From: Octopus bimaculoides
Lineage: Eukaryota
Direction: 5' to 3'
Assembly (NCBI RefSeq): GCF_001194135.2
Contig: NC_068981.1
Coordinates: forward strand, 120,303,144 to 120,339,474
Length of the DNA stretch: 36,331 nucleotides
Shown here: positions 10,185 through 22,330 of the stretch, piece after piece
Layout: each line of letters opens with the position of its first letter
Position numbering within the stretch: the stretch's first letter is position 1
Position numbers and translations under genes: made by a program
Notes under the pieces: model-generated
The model's input: the letters and a program-made list of their open reading frames with translations, nothing else
What the model was told of the DNA's origin: nothing
Database searches by the model: none

Positions 10185-11454
10185 TTGGGTTGTACCTTGG
10201 TGCGTAATAGAACAAGAGACAAACTGTGCCAATACCAACCAATTAGAGTGGTGGACACAACAGGGTCCAAAGGTGTGGCCGAAGGCTAGCTGTTATCCAC
10301 TACGTCTGTATTCATGTATGTATAACAGAGAGAGAGAGAGAGAATAGTATCCCTTAAGGCGTACACTACAAGTTGAATGCATTGATCCCAGTACTTATTT
10401 TTTTAAAGCCTGGTACTTATTCTATTGGTCCCTTTTACTGAACTGTTAAGTTATGGAGACATAAACACACAGCACTGGTTGTCAAGTAGTGATGGGGGGA
10501 CAAACACAGACACCCCCCACATGCACACACACACACACATGCTTACAACAGGCTTCTTTCAGTTTCTGTCTACCAAATCTACTCACAAGGCTTTGGTTGA
10601 CCTGAAGCTACAGTAGAAGACACTTACCCCAAAACCATATGGTTGGAAGCAATCTTCCTACCACACAGCTACTCCTGTGAAACTTTTTTCCTATTTTGCT
10701 TCCATGTTTCAAAACACAGAAATCAATGAGAAAATTTGTTTTGCATTTTGGAATTCCAAATCATTCATTAGTTTAATGTCCAGTTTTCTATACTGTACTA
10801 ATGAATAATGCTATTAAACACTCATGACATTAGTAAAACAATAGAATGAAGTTAATTAATGTTATAAAAATAGAAATTAAATGGCCTTCGCTATTATTCC
10901 AGTGCGGGAAGTGTTCTCATATGTTTCTAAAGGCTTTCACCAATGAATGGACAGGGGAAAATGATTCAGTTATCCACCCACAACCCATGACTAGATTAAG
11001 TCTTCTTAGAAAGAGCGAGAGAATATGGAAATTGCAACCTTACAATTAAGACCCTAAGAAGTGTCAGGAACTTCATTACCTGGCCTGATTCAGTATTAAG
11101 GAAAATTACCCGACATAAGTTTAAGAGGCCATGATCAAGAAGTCACTGCAATGACAGTTGAGGATGAGTCAAAATACATGAGCATATATGACAGACTCTC
11201 ATGTCTTATCATTGTTCTTATACCATGATTTTATATCAAGCTGATATTTTTAAACTGCTGTGATTTTAAGTGATAATTACACTCATGTCTTAGCCTTTTA
11301 GCATTTAATCTGGCCATATCCAGACCAAATATATTAAAACTGACCAATCCAACTTCTCACACCTACCCTACAATGTCATTCTAAAAATATACAAATATAC
11401 ACTCCATTGAAATCTCGAAGCTACAACATAATGTGTGATTAATTCAAAATATCA

Positions 11455-11790
11455 TCATCATCATCACCATCATCATTTAACATCTGTTGTCCATGCTGGT
11501 ATGGGCTGGATGGTTTAACTAGAGTTGACAAGCTGGAGAGATGCACTGGACTCTGGTCTGATTTGGCATGGTTTCTACAGCTGGTTGCCCTTCCTAACAC
11601 AAACCGCTTTACAGAGTGTGCTGGGTACTTTTACATGGCACCACAGGGGTGCTTTTATATGGCACTTCCACAAGTGCTTTTTACATGTCACTGGCATAGG
11701 ACTCTTGCAGGCGAATCCTCACCACCAGGGGAACTGGTCTCAACACTTCTGTTGTGGAGTACAGGTCCTCTTGAGTACAACAAGGCACCA
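11455..11790 (-). mobile_element. RTE-type 3' tail with (ATG)n end
   Basis: (cat)n followed by the shared tail motif. Confidence 0.75.
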
Positions 11791-13534
11791 GGAATTTTGG
11801 TTCTTTGTCATTTCGCCTGAAAGGTTCAGTGTCCTGACAAAGAAATCAGAATGCTAAATGGTTAATGCTGTGATTTTATCAACTTTTTTATTTTTGTATT
11901 GCTGTGATTTTACACAAGTTTGCTGATTAATCAGGTTTTATTTTTAAATAACTTCTTTTTTTTTCAGAAAAAATTTATGAAAAACAAAGATTAGATGAAA
12001 GGGAAAATTCAAAAAATGAGTCTAGGAATAAGGTGGAAAATGAACCTGAAGAACCATGATGTACCAGCACAAACCAGATTTAACAGCTGATTGTAATCAA
12101 TATATGTGCTCTAGTTTTTTGTTGGCAGTAATATTGTATTGTATGTTAATTCCTAAAAAAATAATAGACAGTGTAAAGTGCAATCTTTTAGCATCTCTTA
12201 CAAATTATGGATTTAAAAAGGTTCAAAAAGTGGCTATGCAGTTTCCAATATGTGGGGTTGAGTAAATATTCTTAGTTATTCTTCTCACTTAAAAGGAGAA
12301 TTCTGTAAATATTGCACAAGTTTTCAGTCTTCTGTTCATCTTTAGTCACAAGCTACCTTTATCAATACCTTTTTACAAAAATATAATGAATTACATGACT
12401 GGGCAAAGAATTGTATACTAAGCAAATTTCACAGAGACACAGCAAACACTTTGACATACTTTGACACAGCAAACATCATGACTAACCACCAGAAGCAAAT
12501 TAGAGAAAAGCATTAAGTATCAGCTTGACAGTGTTATGACTGGTAAATGAAAATCAAAAGTGATTATTTTCTGTATAATCAAGAATTTTATTGACATTGC
12601 TTTGCTGGGGAAAATCACAATTAAAAATGTATGAAGACTCTATAAGTTCCACACTGAATCTGGAAATAAAATACAGCAAAATGATTTAGAAGATTCTTTA
12701 GTTGCTTGTTGTGCTTCTGTGAGGGAAGGAACTGATCAAATTGAGTGAAGAAATTATATGGGAAGATATTGTTTTTATGGAGAATGTTTCACTTAGGTTT
12801 TCAATAATTGCTCATGAAAGTGGGGTGGTATCAGAGAAGGAGCAATTGTTAGTTGGTGTATGATTTGTTGATAGAATTAATCTGTTGTTTACAACACTAA
12901 TTGAATTCAATGCTGTCTCTATTGCCAATGCAAACATTAATCAGTCTCTATAATTTGAGTTAAATCTAGAGAAACTACTTGGCCAAGGTTACTTTTGCAA
13001 TGGCAGGAAAGGAAGATGGAGTGTCAGCTAAAATAAGGAGTAAATATCTAAAGGCTGCATTGGTTCACTGTGTTGCAGATAAAATATGTCTTGTGAATAA
13101 CCTTAATACATTTTCTAAGAGAGAGAATTCTATTGGCACAGTCAAATTAGTAATTAATTTTTTTAATGAGAGTTCAAAGAAACAATATCTTATTCCAAGT
13201 GTGTCATAAATGTGCGAAACACAATGGACTGCAAATTATAAAAGTATTAGACTTTTTCATTGACTTTGAAAAGATTTTTGATCAATCATACATACAGATC
13301 ACTACAGCTTCAGGTTAAGCATTAAGTGAAAAAGCTCATTAGTTGGAATCTGTTTTATGTACAGCAACTTTTCATGTGTGTCTTCATAAAATTATAATCT
13401 ATTCAGCACAAATGAAATTTGTAACACAAGATCTCTAAACTCTTCAATTTGATGTAATGAAAGAACGTAATCATGTCCTGGAGTTCTTAAGTGTGTCCTA
13501 TGGCCTCAAACATGGAAATTGTTTTGAAAATCAA

Positions 13535-13898
13535 GCAGGCGTGGCTGTGTAGTAAGAAGCTTGCTTCCCAACCACATGGTTCTGGGTTCAGTCCCACTGC
13601 AAAGCTTTGTGAGTGGATTTGGAAGACAGAAACTAAAAGAAGCCTGTTGTATGTGTGTGTGTGTGTATTTGAGTGCGTGTGTGCTGTGTTTGTCCCCTCC
13701 CCCTGCCATCACTTGACAACCGATGCTGGTGTGTTTATGTCCCTGTAACTTAACAGTTAGGTTAAAGAGACCAATAGAATAAGTACTAGGCTTACAAAGA
13801 ATAAGTCCTGAGGTCAATTTCTTTGACTAAACCCATTGAGGTGATGCTCCAGCATGGCTACAGTCATATGACTGAAACAAGTAACAGAAATAAAAAGA
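13535..13898 (+). mobile_element. Full-length tRNA-derived SINE inserted in the hAT relic
   Basis: Head gcaggcgtggctgtgtagtaagaagcttgcttcccaaccacatggttctgggttcagtccc, internal (TG)n, and tail gactgaaacaagtaacagaaataaaa. Confidence 0.88.
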
Positions 13899-13949
13899 AA
13901 TTGGCAGAAAATGACTGATAGAAATTTCATTGCAATACCAGTGGCTCAA

Positions 13950-14185
13950 CTATAAAAAAATATTGGTGCCATGCCAGGTGAGGGTTGGTGACAGAAAGGT
14001 GCCACGTAAAAAGCACCCAATCCACTCTGTAAAGTGGTCAGTGTTAGGAATGGCATCCAGCTGTAGAAACCATGCCAAAGTAGACAGTGGAACTTAATGT
14101 AGTCCTTTAGCTTACTAACTCCTGTCAAACCATTTAACCCATGCCAGTATGGAAAACGGATGTTAAATGATGATGATGATGATAA
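13950..14185 (+). mobile_element. RTE-type 3' tail with (GAT)n
   Basis: Same tail family as 1-72. Confidence 0.75.
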
Positions 14186-15464
14186 CTTATGTGCCAGTCA
14201 CAGAAGATTGGAAACCTATGTTTCCATTCTTCCATGAAAACATGTTCAGCAATGGAGAAGTACTACTTTGCTTGGAACAGGAGAGGATTGGTGACAGAAA
14301 GGGCACCCAACTTTAGAAAAGTTTGTTATATCATTGGAATACTTGTTTGCAGCTAAAAAGAAAAGCAGAAAAGAAAAATCAGCCTTAATTCACTTCATCC
14401 ACTACAACTGGCCAGTAAAGCTTTCGAAGGAAGAATTCATAAAACAGATTGCAGAGACCATTAAACTATATGAAATTCAAAACTTGGAAGCTGAAGCAAT
14501 CTCTTGGTTTGAAATCAGGTCAGAAAAAAAAAAAACATGGTAATTGATGTGAATTTCAGGCTTTTCTCAAACAATTTCTTTCCTTTTGTAGAATGGTCTA
14601 TTTCTAAAGCTCTAACAATGGCAAATAAACATTTATCTAAACTGAACAAATTGAGCAATGTTTTGAGAACTATCATGAAGTCATTCAAAAAGTGATAGAT
14701 AAATTCATACCAGACCTAAAACATTTGTAGATTTTACCCCATAGGAGCTCTTCTATTGTAGGATGCCACCTCCCCTGAAAATCGATGTAGCAAATTTTTT
14801 TTTCCTTTTGTATCTGATTTGTTTTATTTAGTGATTTTTATGAATTTTTATCACAAAAAGATGAAAGAACTTCCTCTGTAGTCTCAAACAAGGAAAATTT
14901 ACACAGCACTCAGTACATAAATGTTACTTTTATCATTAATTATATAATACAGTTCTTTTCATTTGCACTCCAGAATCAGTAAAACGCCAAAATGTCACAC
15001 TATCTTTTTAAGATTCATTCAATATTCCTCTTTTCAACAATAGCATGTTAACTTTTTTGTATATTATTTTTAATTCAAAGTTGCCAAGTTCCAACCTTAT
15101 ATTGTAGATATCAGTTTTTATAATATTTTGATCAATAATCACAGTATGTATCATATTTATATCTGTTTGTTTTTTTTAAAATTCTTTTTGGGATTTATAA
15201 AAATATTTTAAAGCCTTCTTGTTTACTGATTTATCTAAAAAAAAAAATTATGTTCTTGTTTAGTTGCATAATATTCAAAACCAAGAAAATCATTTATAGT
15301 TAATCTATAAATAATTGCTATTTTCTGTGTTACTGAAATAGATTTTGTCTCCTTGAACAGCTTTGTAATGCTGTGAATATATTTTCAGGGTACTAAACAC
15401 TGCAGTTTTGAATATCACAATAAATGGCTCACCTCTCTATGTAACCTTAGATATATTCTTTTCT

Positions 15465-15670
15465 ACTCTAGGCACAAGGCTCAAAATTCATGGGGAGGGG
15501 TCCAGTTGATTAGATCGACCCCAGTACGCAACTGGAACTTAATTTATCAACCCTGAAAGGATGAAAGGCAAAGTTGACCTTGGCGGAATTTGAACTCAAA
15601 ACCTAAAGACAGACAAAATGCCGCTAAGAATTTCACCTGGTGTGCTAACATTTCTGCCAGCTCACCACCT
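15465..15670 (-). mobile_element. SINE (family of 7821-8440)
   Basis: Reverse complement of ggtggtgagctggcagaaatgttagcac...gagttcaaattccgcc...ttgcctttcatcc. Confidence 0.85.
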
Positions 15671-16204
15671 TGTAATCTTAGATATATTAAATCTAATTTA
15701 AATACATTAAACCCGATTTAATTTAACAGTGGAATGCTCAGTCACTTGCACTTTAATTTCACTAGCAGACTGTTCTGTTGATTGGATCAACTGAAACCCC
15801 TGTAGTCATAACCAATGAAGTACCAGTTACTTGCTACTGTAGAGACTTTCAACTAACAAAGCTCAAAGAGACAGAAATAAGTGTTTAGCAATGCCACTCC
15901 CATTGCTAAATAATTTTCATCAGCTGTTGATATATTTCAGTGTTTTATAACACAATATGTCTATAATAGATGCTTTCTTGAGTTGAATACTGCAGTTTAT
16001 ATGACTTTCAATGATGCATCTGCTTCAAGTATGATACAAATTGCTTTTTATTTTGATACATTTTTAATTACCATTACATCAGCCTGAGACTAATAATCAT
16101 TATGTAATCTATGTGTGTTATGTGTAAGGTTTAAATATGTTTTGTTATATTTGAAAGCAATGGTTAAAAAAACAAAAGTGTTTATATTTACAATACAAAA
16201 TAAA

Positions 16205-16378
16205 TGCACAGCTATGGCAGAGTAGTTCAGAAGTTCGCTTCCAAACCATGTGGTTTTGGGTTCAGTCCCAAAGTATGGTACCTTGGGCAAGTGTCTTCCA
16301 CAATAATCCATGAGTAGATTTGATAAATAGAAATTGAAAGAAGCCAATAGTGTGTATGTGTGTTATGTATGGGTGCAA
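16205..16378 (-). mobile_element. SINE fragment
   Basis: Homologous to the 13535 head. Confidence 0.6.
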
Positions 16379-16769
16379 ATGCGTGTATGTGTCTTCTTTT
16401 GACACATGCAAAAGTTGTAGATAAGCATCACTGTTACAAAAGAGAAGACCATTTTCAATCTTCCATGAAAACATGTCCAGCCATGGATATATATTATCAT
16501 GCTTGGAAACAGGTAAGGGTAGGTGACAGAGAAAGCACCCACCTATAGAAAATCTTCCACAACAAATTCCATTTGACCTACACAAGCATGGAAAAGTGGA
16601 TTGATGATTATGATGACAAATAAAGAATAATGGTGCAGTGCAAATGTTTTTATGAAAATCTCAACTTAATGCTGGGATTTTATAACAGAATATATTGTCA
16701 GTTATTGACAATTTCATAAAAGAATATATACAAGATTATAGATATAGAACCATGTTAAAAAAAGCTTAA

Positions 16770-17170
16770 CCCTGCATCAAATTCTACTGAGGTCAACTTT
16801 GCTTTTCATCCTTTTGTGTGGTCAATAAAATAAGAACCAGTTGAGCACTGGAGTTGATGTAATTGACTTACCCCTTCTCCTGTAATTGTTGGCCTTGTGC
16901 CAAAATTTGAAACCATTATTATTATTATTATTAGGCGGTGAGCTGGCATAATTGTTAGCATGCCAGGCAAAATGCTTAGTGGTATTTTGACTTAACCTTT
17001 CAAAGTGCCTCCCCCTATTGGAAGTTTTATTTGTTATATCTTTCTCTGTTTTTCCTCTGTTTACACGAACGTTTTCTTTTCGGACAAAACCTTTTGTAAC
17101 CTTTGTCCTGTCTTTGTCCTTACATGTTTTTAATTTATATTAGCCCTTTGTGGCCAATAAAACCAGAATT
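16770..17170 (+). mobile_element. Cluster of SINE fragments
   Basis: caaattctactgaggtcaacttt..., then ggcggtgagctggca head, then a tagccctttgtggccaataaa tail. Confidence 0.7.
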
Positions 17171-17184
17171 AATTATTATTATTA

Positions 17185-17395
17185 TTAATATAGAAAGGAT
17201 TGAGGTAACTCTTCCTGAAGGTATAGGGTCAAAATTAAAAGAAGAGTGCCACTGTTATCTAGTGAACGATATTTCGACATCTCGTGTGTCTTCAACTGGT
17301 TTTAGTCGAAATATCGTTCACTAGATGACAGTGGCACTCTTTTAATTTTGACTCTATATCTTCAGGAGGACTTACCTCAATCCTTTCTATATTAA
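17185..17395. repeat. Foldback (long inverted repeat): 94- and 91-nt arms, 26-nt loop
   Basis: Arms 17185-17278 and 17305-17395 differ by 5 substitutions and a 3-nt indel. Ends are TTAA...TTAA. Confidence 0.92.
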
Positions 17396-18494
17396 CCAAA
17401 ATGAAGTAGATTGACAAATTAATTTTTTGAACCAGTTGAAGACACATAAACACTCATAAACACAGTATTTCAATAGCCACCCGCCCAGAAACTAACTGGA
17501 TGAAAATATGGAAGCCTGCACATGCAATGTTTTTGGCACACATACGCTTTCTGTCTTGTCCTGACATACAGACTCTGTATTATCTATGAACTGTTGCACA
17601 TATACAAGACTCTCAACCACCCGTTTTCTTTGCATGCACATCTTTTTCTTACTTTTCAGAAAGGGCACTATTTCCAGCTAAGTTTATAAACTTTGTTTAC
17701 TCATTTTTAAACTGTTCGTTCCTTTTGCTGCACCACACAATGTTCATACACACTTAGCTACACGCTGACACTATCACATTCATGCACCACACCATGCGTC
17801 TGTTAGACCCCTGTTTAGTCACATAATAAATAGAGAAAGTTACCTGTCTCATGCAATACGCCAGCATACTGCACTGCCATTCTTACTAACCTCAGCAATT
17901 ACGCACAACAACAGTGCCAGACACATTTCACTTCTGAAAAACCTTCAAGGCATTTCACACAATGCAATCCTGCAGGAAGCTCTGCAATATCACTCACTCC
18001 TCTGAGCTTAATTTACGGTAAATTTGATTAAGTGCCCCTGCGCTCATGTATACTCCTGCACATGTATGCAAGTGCTAACTCATTCCTACGCTGCCCAGTC
18101 ACTGACTGCACATTTTTGCATGCAAAGCAACACTGCTATTTGGACTGATCCAAATAGAAAAATTGTCCTGTATACACTTCAATGATCCTCTCTCCTGATA
18201 TGCGAAGTTTCTCCTCAACCATGCATTTCTTAGAAACTTTCTGGAGGGGAAATAATGTAGAGATTAATTTTAGGTATAGAGTAGATTTGAACCTGAATCA
18301 GCAAATTTCACCTAGCATTTCAACAGTGTTTTTGGCACAGAAAAACAATAATTGACAGGAGTTACATTCAACACATGATTTTGCCAAGACAATTTATGTT
18401 TTCCATTTGACGTTTAACCTCTTCTATGCCGTCAAAAGCTGAAATTAGATAAGGAGCGACCTACATCAGGCTGCCCATTGTTCTACATTAATGA

Positions 18495-19075
18495 TTATAC
18501 TCACGGGCACATGCCAACATGCACCACATGTATGTCAGTCGATCACATACACACACAGCTATACACACATACATAAACACACCTACACACACAGATACAT
18601 CCCTCAGGGCACAAAGTTTCACCCACCCAGACACATACAGAGATCACATCAACACTGCCACCATGGAGCATACACGCATGTGCACACTGGTACATCCACA
18701 GACACACTCATACAGGCATACTCACACCCTCATGCAATGCTCACAGNNNNNNNNNNCCCAACACACACACAAGCACCCCCACACCACAGGACATACAAAT
18801 CCAAATGTACATTGATACCCACAGTTTCACAAGTCTGTAGGTGAGTACTCTTATACACTCACACAATTATACACACGCACATTCATACACAGATATACAA
18901 ATGTACACAACAGTGCACACAAGTGACTTCTACTCAGCACATACACACACACAGGCATACAGAAACATGTTGACTCTGCACATACATACACACACAGATT
19001 GCACACACTCACAAGACTACTCAGACACACATGCAGGTACAGAAGAATAAACATCACATAGGTAAAAGCCCACAC
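18495..19075. repeat. Degenerate (CA)-rich low-complexity array
   Basis: Direct reading; explains the His/Thr-rich ORFs. Confidence 0.85.
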
Positions 19076-19128
19076 ACCTGTCCATGGGCACATAGCAAAG
19101 TATGGAATGATAGCCTGGTGTTCACTGT

Positions 19129-19925
19129 TCAATGTGGATTATGGCAGTTCGGTGCTGTGTTTACAGAGTGGTAACATTTGAAAGTAGCTTTCATGGCATG
19201 TAAACAATGTGTAGTCTGTTCAGTTAATTTATTAATGACCTTTTCCCTAGTAAGCAAGATTGATAGGGATTCTTTAGAGCACAATCCACAGGTCCTAGAA
19301 TGTGTGTTGTAGGGTTTTGCATATTTTATAACTGACCATGAAACTTCATATTTAATTCTGTTGGGTTTCAGTTGTCATAGGAAGTCTGCCAGTGATGTCA
19401 CATGTCTCTTGTTCGGATTTTTAAAACTAGAAACATGATTTCTATATCGATTCTCGAAAGAATCAGCTGTGGAACGAATGTACACATAAGGGCCTTGCCT
19501 CATGAGCACAGTGCATTTATAGATGATCTTACCAGACTTGCAAAGATCATCCAATGAGCAATTAAATTTATACCTGCAAGAGCACTTATTTGTAGCTGTT
19601 GTTGGTGACAGGTGGTTGTCCTGTCATTCCACTTATAATTGGTTGTGGATTCATCATGCTGTTAGTGTGCAAGTTCTGTAGGTTCATTGTTATAGGTATA
19701 TTATTAGTCCTGGATGTTTCAGGGCTATCATTTTTTGTGGTTAACTGTTGTTGGTTGTCAGTCATGCGAGGATTGAAAGTAAATTCATTATTTGAGCATT
19801 CAGTGATGGTGTTTTCAAGGCCTTTTTAAGTTTAACATTATTTATTCTGTGCATATGTTGCCACAAGTTATAGAAAGTTGCATATGACACGTTTACATTA
19901 TGTCTGTTAAATAACCTTATTATCC
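19129..19925 (-). mobile_element. Penelope-like element C-terminus: linker plus GIY-YIG endonuclease
   Basis: LFNRHNVNVSY (family FNRNNVKVSY), then one frame 19623-19129: KCSCRYKFNCSLDDLCKSGKIIYKCTV...YVYIRSTADSFENRYRNHVSSFKNPNKRHVTSLADFL*QLK...VSWSVIKYAKPYNTHSRTCGLCSKESLSIL..INKLTE...C.H. It has one premature TGA at about 19376. Confidence 0.9.
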
Positions 19926-20501
19926 TACCTGAGGAGTCTTCTATGCACTGTGCATTGCATCTGGTGTTATTGCATCATTCCACACTCACAAGGGAGCAGT
20001 GCATCTTGAAGATGAAACAATTGTTGTGTTAGTATAAATTTTTTTGTTGATACATTCTGTCTTCTCTTTATATATATATATATATATATATACAAACACA
20101 CACCACACGAAAACGTTTGTATGTACACACACAAGACCAAACGTGAAAACTTGTATAACTCGAAGAATGATAGGCAACTTTTTTAAAGATAAAAATTTTT
20201 TAACCAAATATTGTTACCTCAAAAATCAATGTACAACATGAACTAGCAAACAAGCAATCATATTTTACAAGAAAAAAAAGAAGGAATAGAACAGAGAGAA
20301 GAAAATGCAACATGTGCAAATGTTTCCACAAGTGGTGTGCTAATGATTCTGCCAGCTTGCTGCCTTATTTAGTGAAATGATACTGGCAGGATAACATACA
20401 ACTAAATATGCATGGCCTGAAATGTGGAACTGCTGAGATGTGAGAAAGAAAATGGCTTGTGAGTGATTCCAGACTAATCCAATGTGTAGCCTTGTCTAGT
20501 G

Positions 20502-20835
20502 CAGTGGTTCTCAGCTGTGTCCGTATGACCCCTGAGGGTCCATACAGGACTTTTGGGGATCCACGCAACAATAGTAAATTGGGGGATCCACAATAGTATT
20601 TTAAGAGCCCCTGATTTTGCTTCAGATGTATGTATTGGTATGTATTGTAAGAAACAGCTAGGTTTCTTTCTCCAACATTTTACATAGTTCAACCTATACA
20701 AATTAATGTGTGATAAACAAAATAGGAATTTTGAAAGAAGTATCTATAAAATTAGTTTATAAACATCAAATGGCTATGGGAGTCCACCAGAATAAAATAG
20801 TAATGAAAAGGGTCCATGGGTAAAAAGTGGTTGAG
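20502..20835. mobile_element. hAT/Charlie-like MITE (right TIR truncated)
   Basis: Starts CAGTGGTTCTCA and ends ...aagtggttgag, with the internal gggtccat motif repeated. Confidence 0.65.
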
Positions 20836-20989
20836 TGTGTAACCAATCTAAGTCCATGAAAATCACATGGTGCTAGCGTTTCTAAAGAATGGAGTAGAAT
20901 TTCAGCTTCTTTCAGTGGTATCACAAGACCAGTTCAACTATAATTCTTGAGAAAAAAATATTTGCTTGATTCAAGGATGCAGTCACACG

Positions 20990-22330
20990 ACAATGCTATT
21001 AAAATTCCCCAAAGTGCAAGAGAGCAACTTGAAAATACTATGGAATGCTTAAATAAATCTAAAGTAGAAGCTACCTGGAAAATATTTAGAATTACATATT
21101 TTCTTGCCAAAAAGAATTAAACTGCACACTGAACACTTTGATTTGTTGAAATTGCAAGAATTGAATGATGTGGGCATTCCACAAGCATTGTGTTTATGAT
21201 TTAGTGCTACAAATATTATCTATATTGTACAAGAAATGAAATCAAGAGTCTGCAAATGGATCCTTGAAATAAAAAGGAAAATAACCCTTCTTAAAAACAT
21301 GTCCATTATTCGTAGCAGTAAAAATACTTTGTTAGTCTATCTGAAATGTGAAACTAACAAGTCAGAAGATCCACATTTTATATTCTTGGATTTACTAGAA
21401 TTACATGACACAACTGCAGAAACAATAACTGAACATTTAATTACTTGTCTTGCTGACAGAATAATGGTGCCAGTGTAAATTTGAGGAAAATCTCTGGGTT
21501 GACTCAATGACTGCTTAAATCATTGTTTGGAACTGTCTGTAATAGATACAATTTCTGAAAGACATAGTGTTCATCATTTTCATTCATTTATAGATAAACT
21601 GTATTCTTTATACAGTTAATCTCCTTAGAGAAGTTCAACAGTGTGCATTGACACTTGATAAAGAGATGAAAAATGTTGGAAAAATGTTAAAAACTATACA
21701 GCTTTCAAGTGCCTTCAGAACTGTTTCAGTAGTTTGGAATGACTATGCATCACTGTTATCATTTTGAACATGTTAGCAGTAGTACCAATAAAAAATCAAA
21801 AGTTAACTAGTGCACCATGTGTTTCATCAAAGCAGTTTCTCCTTGATCTGGCACTTATGTATGATCTTTCATTTGAATTATCTCTTCTTTCTGAATCTTT
21901 ACAGGAAAGGGATATTACTACAGTTTATGCAGAGAAATTAATTTGTTGCAGTACATGAGTTTTAGAAGTAATGAAGGAATACAAGAGTAAAAAAGAGTCT
22001 TAGAAGTTGAGAAATGGAAATGAAATTTTCATCAGTGACACAGAGACTTTCTAGACAACAGGCAGCATATTCTGCTAAACCAGCAACCTTTAATCAAATA
22101 CTCAAAAGTAATCCCATGCAGCCCTTATGTGTGCAAACAAGGCTTTAGTACAATGAACCTTATCATGAGGGAAATGAGATCTGTTAATAAATCAAGGCAG
22201 CAATCTCATGTACATTAAACTTCACGATCCTTCAATTGTCTGGAAACCAGACAACTACATGCTTCGATGGCTTAGATGTCATTGTTCAGCAATTGGTACT
22301 TAAGCAAGAATAGAAAAAAACCAAATATGT
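20990..22330 (+). mobile_element. Decayed hAT transposase, KIAA1586/ZNF862-like group
   Basis: Broken frames give IFRITYFLAKKN, LQELN, KNTLLVYLK...FIFLDLLELHDTTAETITEHLITCL (21236 ORF), FIDKLYSLYS, SKQFLLDLALMYD...ELSLLSESLQERDI (21764 ORF), and PCSPYVCKQGFSTMNLI..LMYIKLH..WKPDNY..WL (hAT dimerisation region). Confidence 0.85.

Larger units (their letters stand above)
9345..10370 (-). mobile_element. Solo LTR (1026 bp), Ty3/Gypsy-like by its 4-bp TSD
   Basis: Ends are TGTA...TACA, with AGTT duplicated at 9341-9344 and 10371-10374. There is no internal direct repeat. Promoter and polyA signals lie on the minus strand. Confidence 0.85.
9270..10678 (-). mobile_element. tRNA-derived SINE split by the solo LTR (9270-9344 and 10371-10678)
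   Basis: The two halves join into a sequence collinear with the uninterrupted copy at 24618-25057. Confidence 0.85.
11985..14740 (+). mobile_element. Decayed hAT transposase (ZMYM1/PRKRIR-like hAT group), interrupted by SINE and LINE-tail insertions
   Basis: Broken frames give FSIIAHESGVVSEKEQLLVGV*FVDR (about 12798; family consensus FSIIADE..D...EQL....RFVD), LEKLLGQGY, MAGKEDGVSAKIRSKYLKAALVHCVA (12979 ORF; consensus GQGYDGAS.M.G...GV...I...YP.A..VHC) and a dimerisation-like ALTMANKHLSKLNKLSNVLRTIM at about 14.6 kb. Confidence 0.8.

Noticed and set aside
17270-17400. Hammerhead-like words (CAGUUGA..UGUC-GAAA; GAAA..GAGG/CCUC-CUGAAGA) in the foldback
   Set aside because: Either two invariant core positions are changed or no stem III can form.
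18491-19132. His/Thr-rich and Val/Cys-rich ORFs
   Set aside because: Artefacts of the degenerate (CA)n array, which also spans an N gap.
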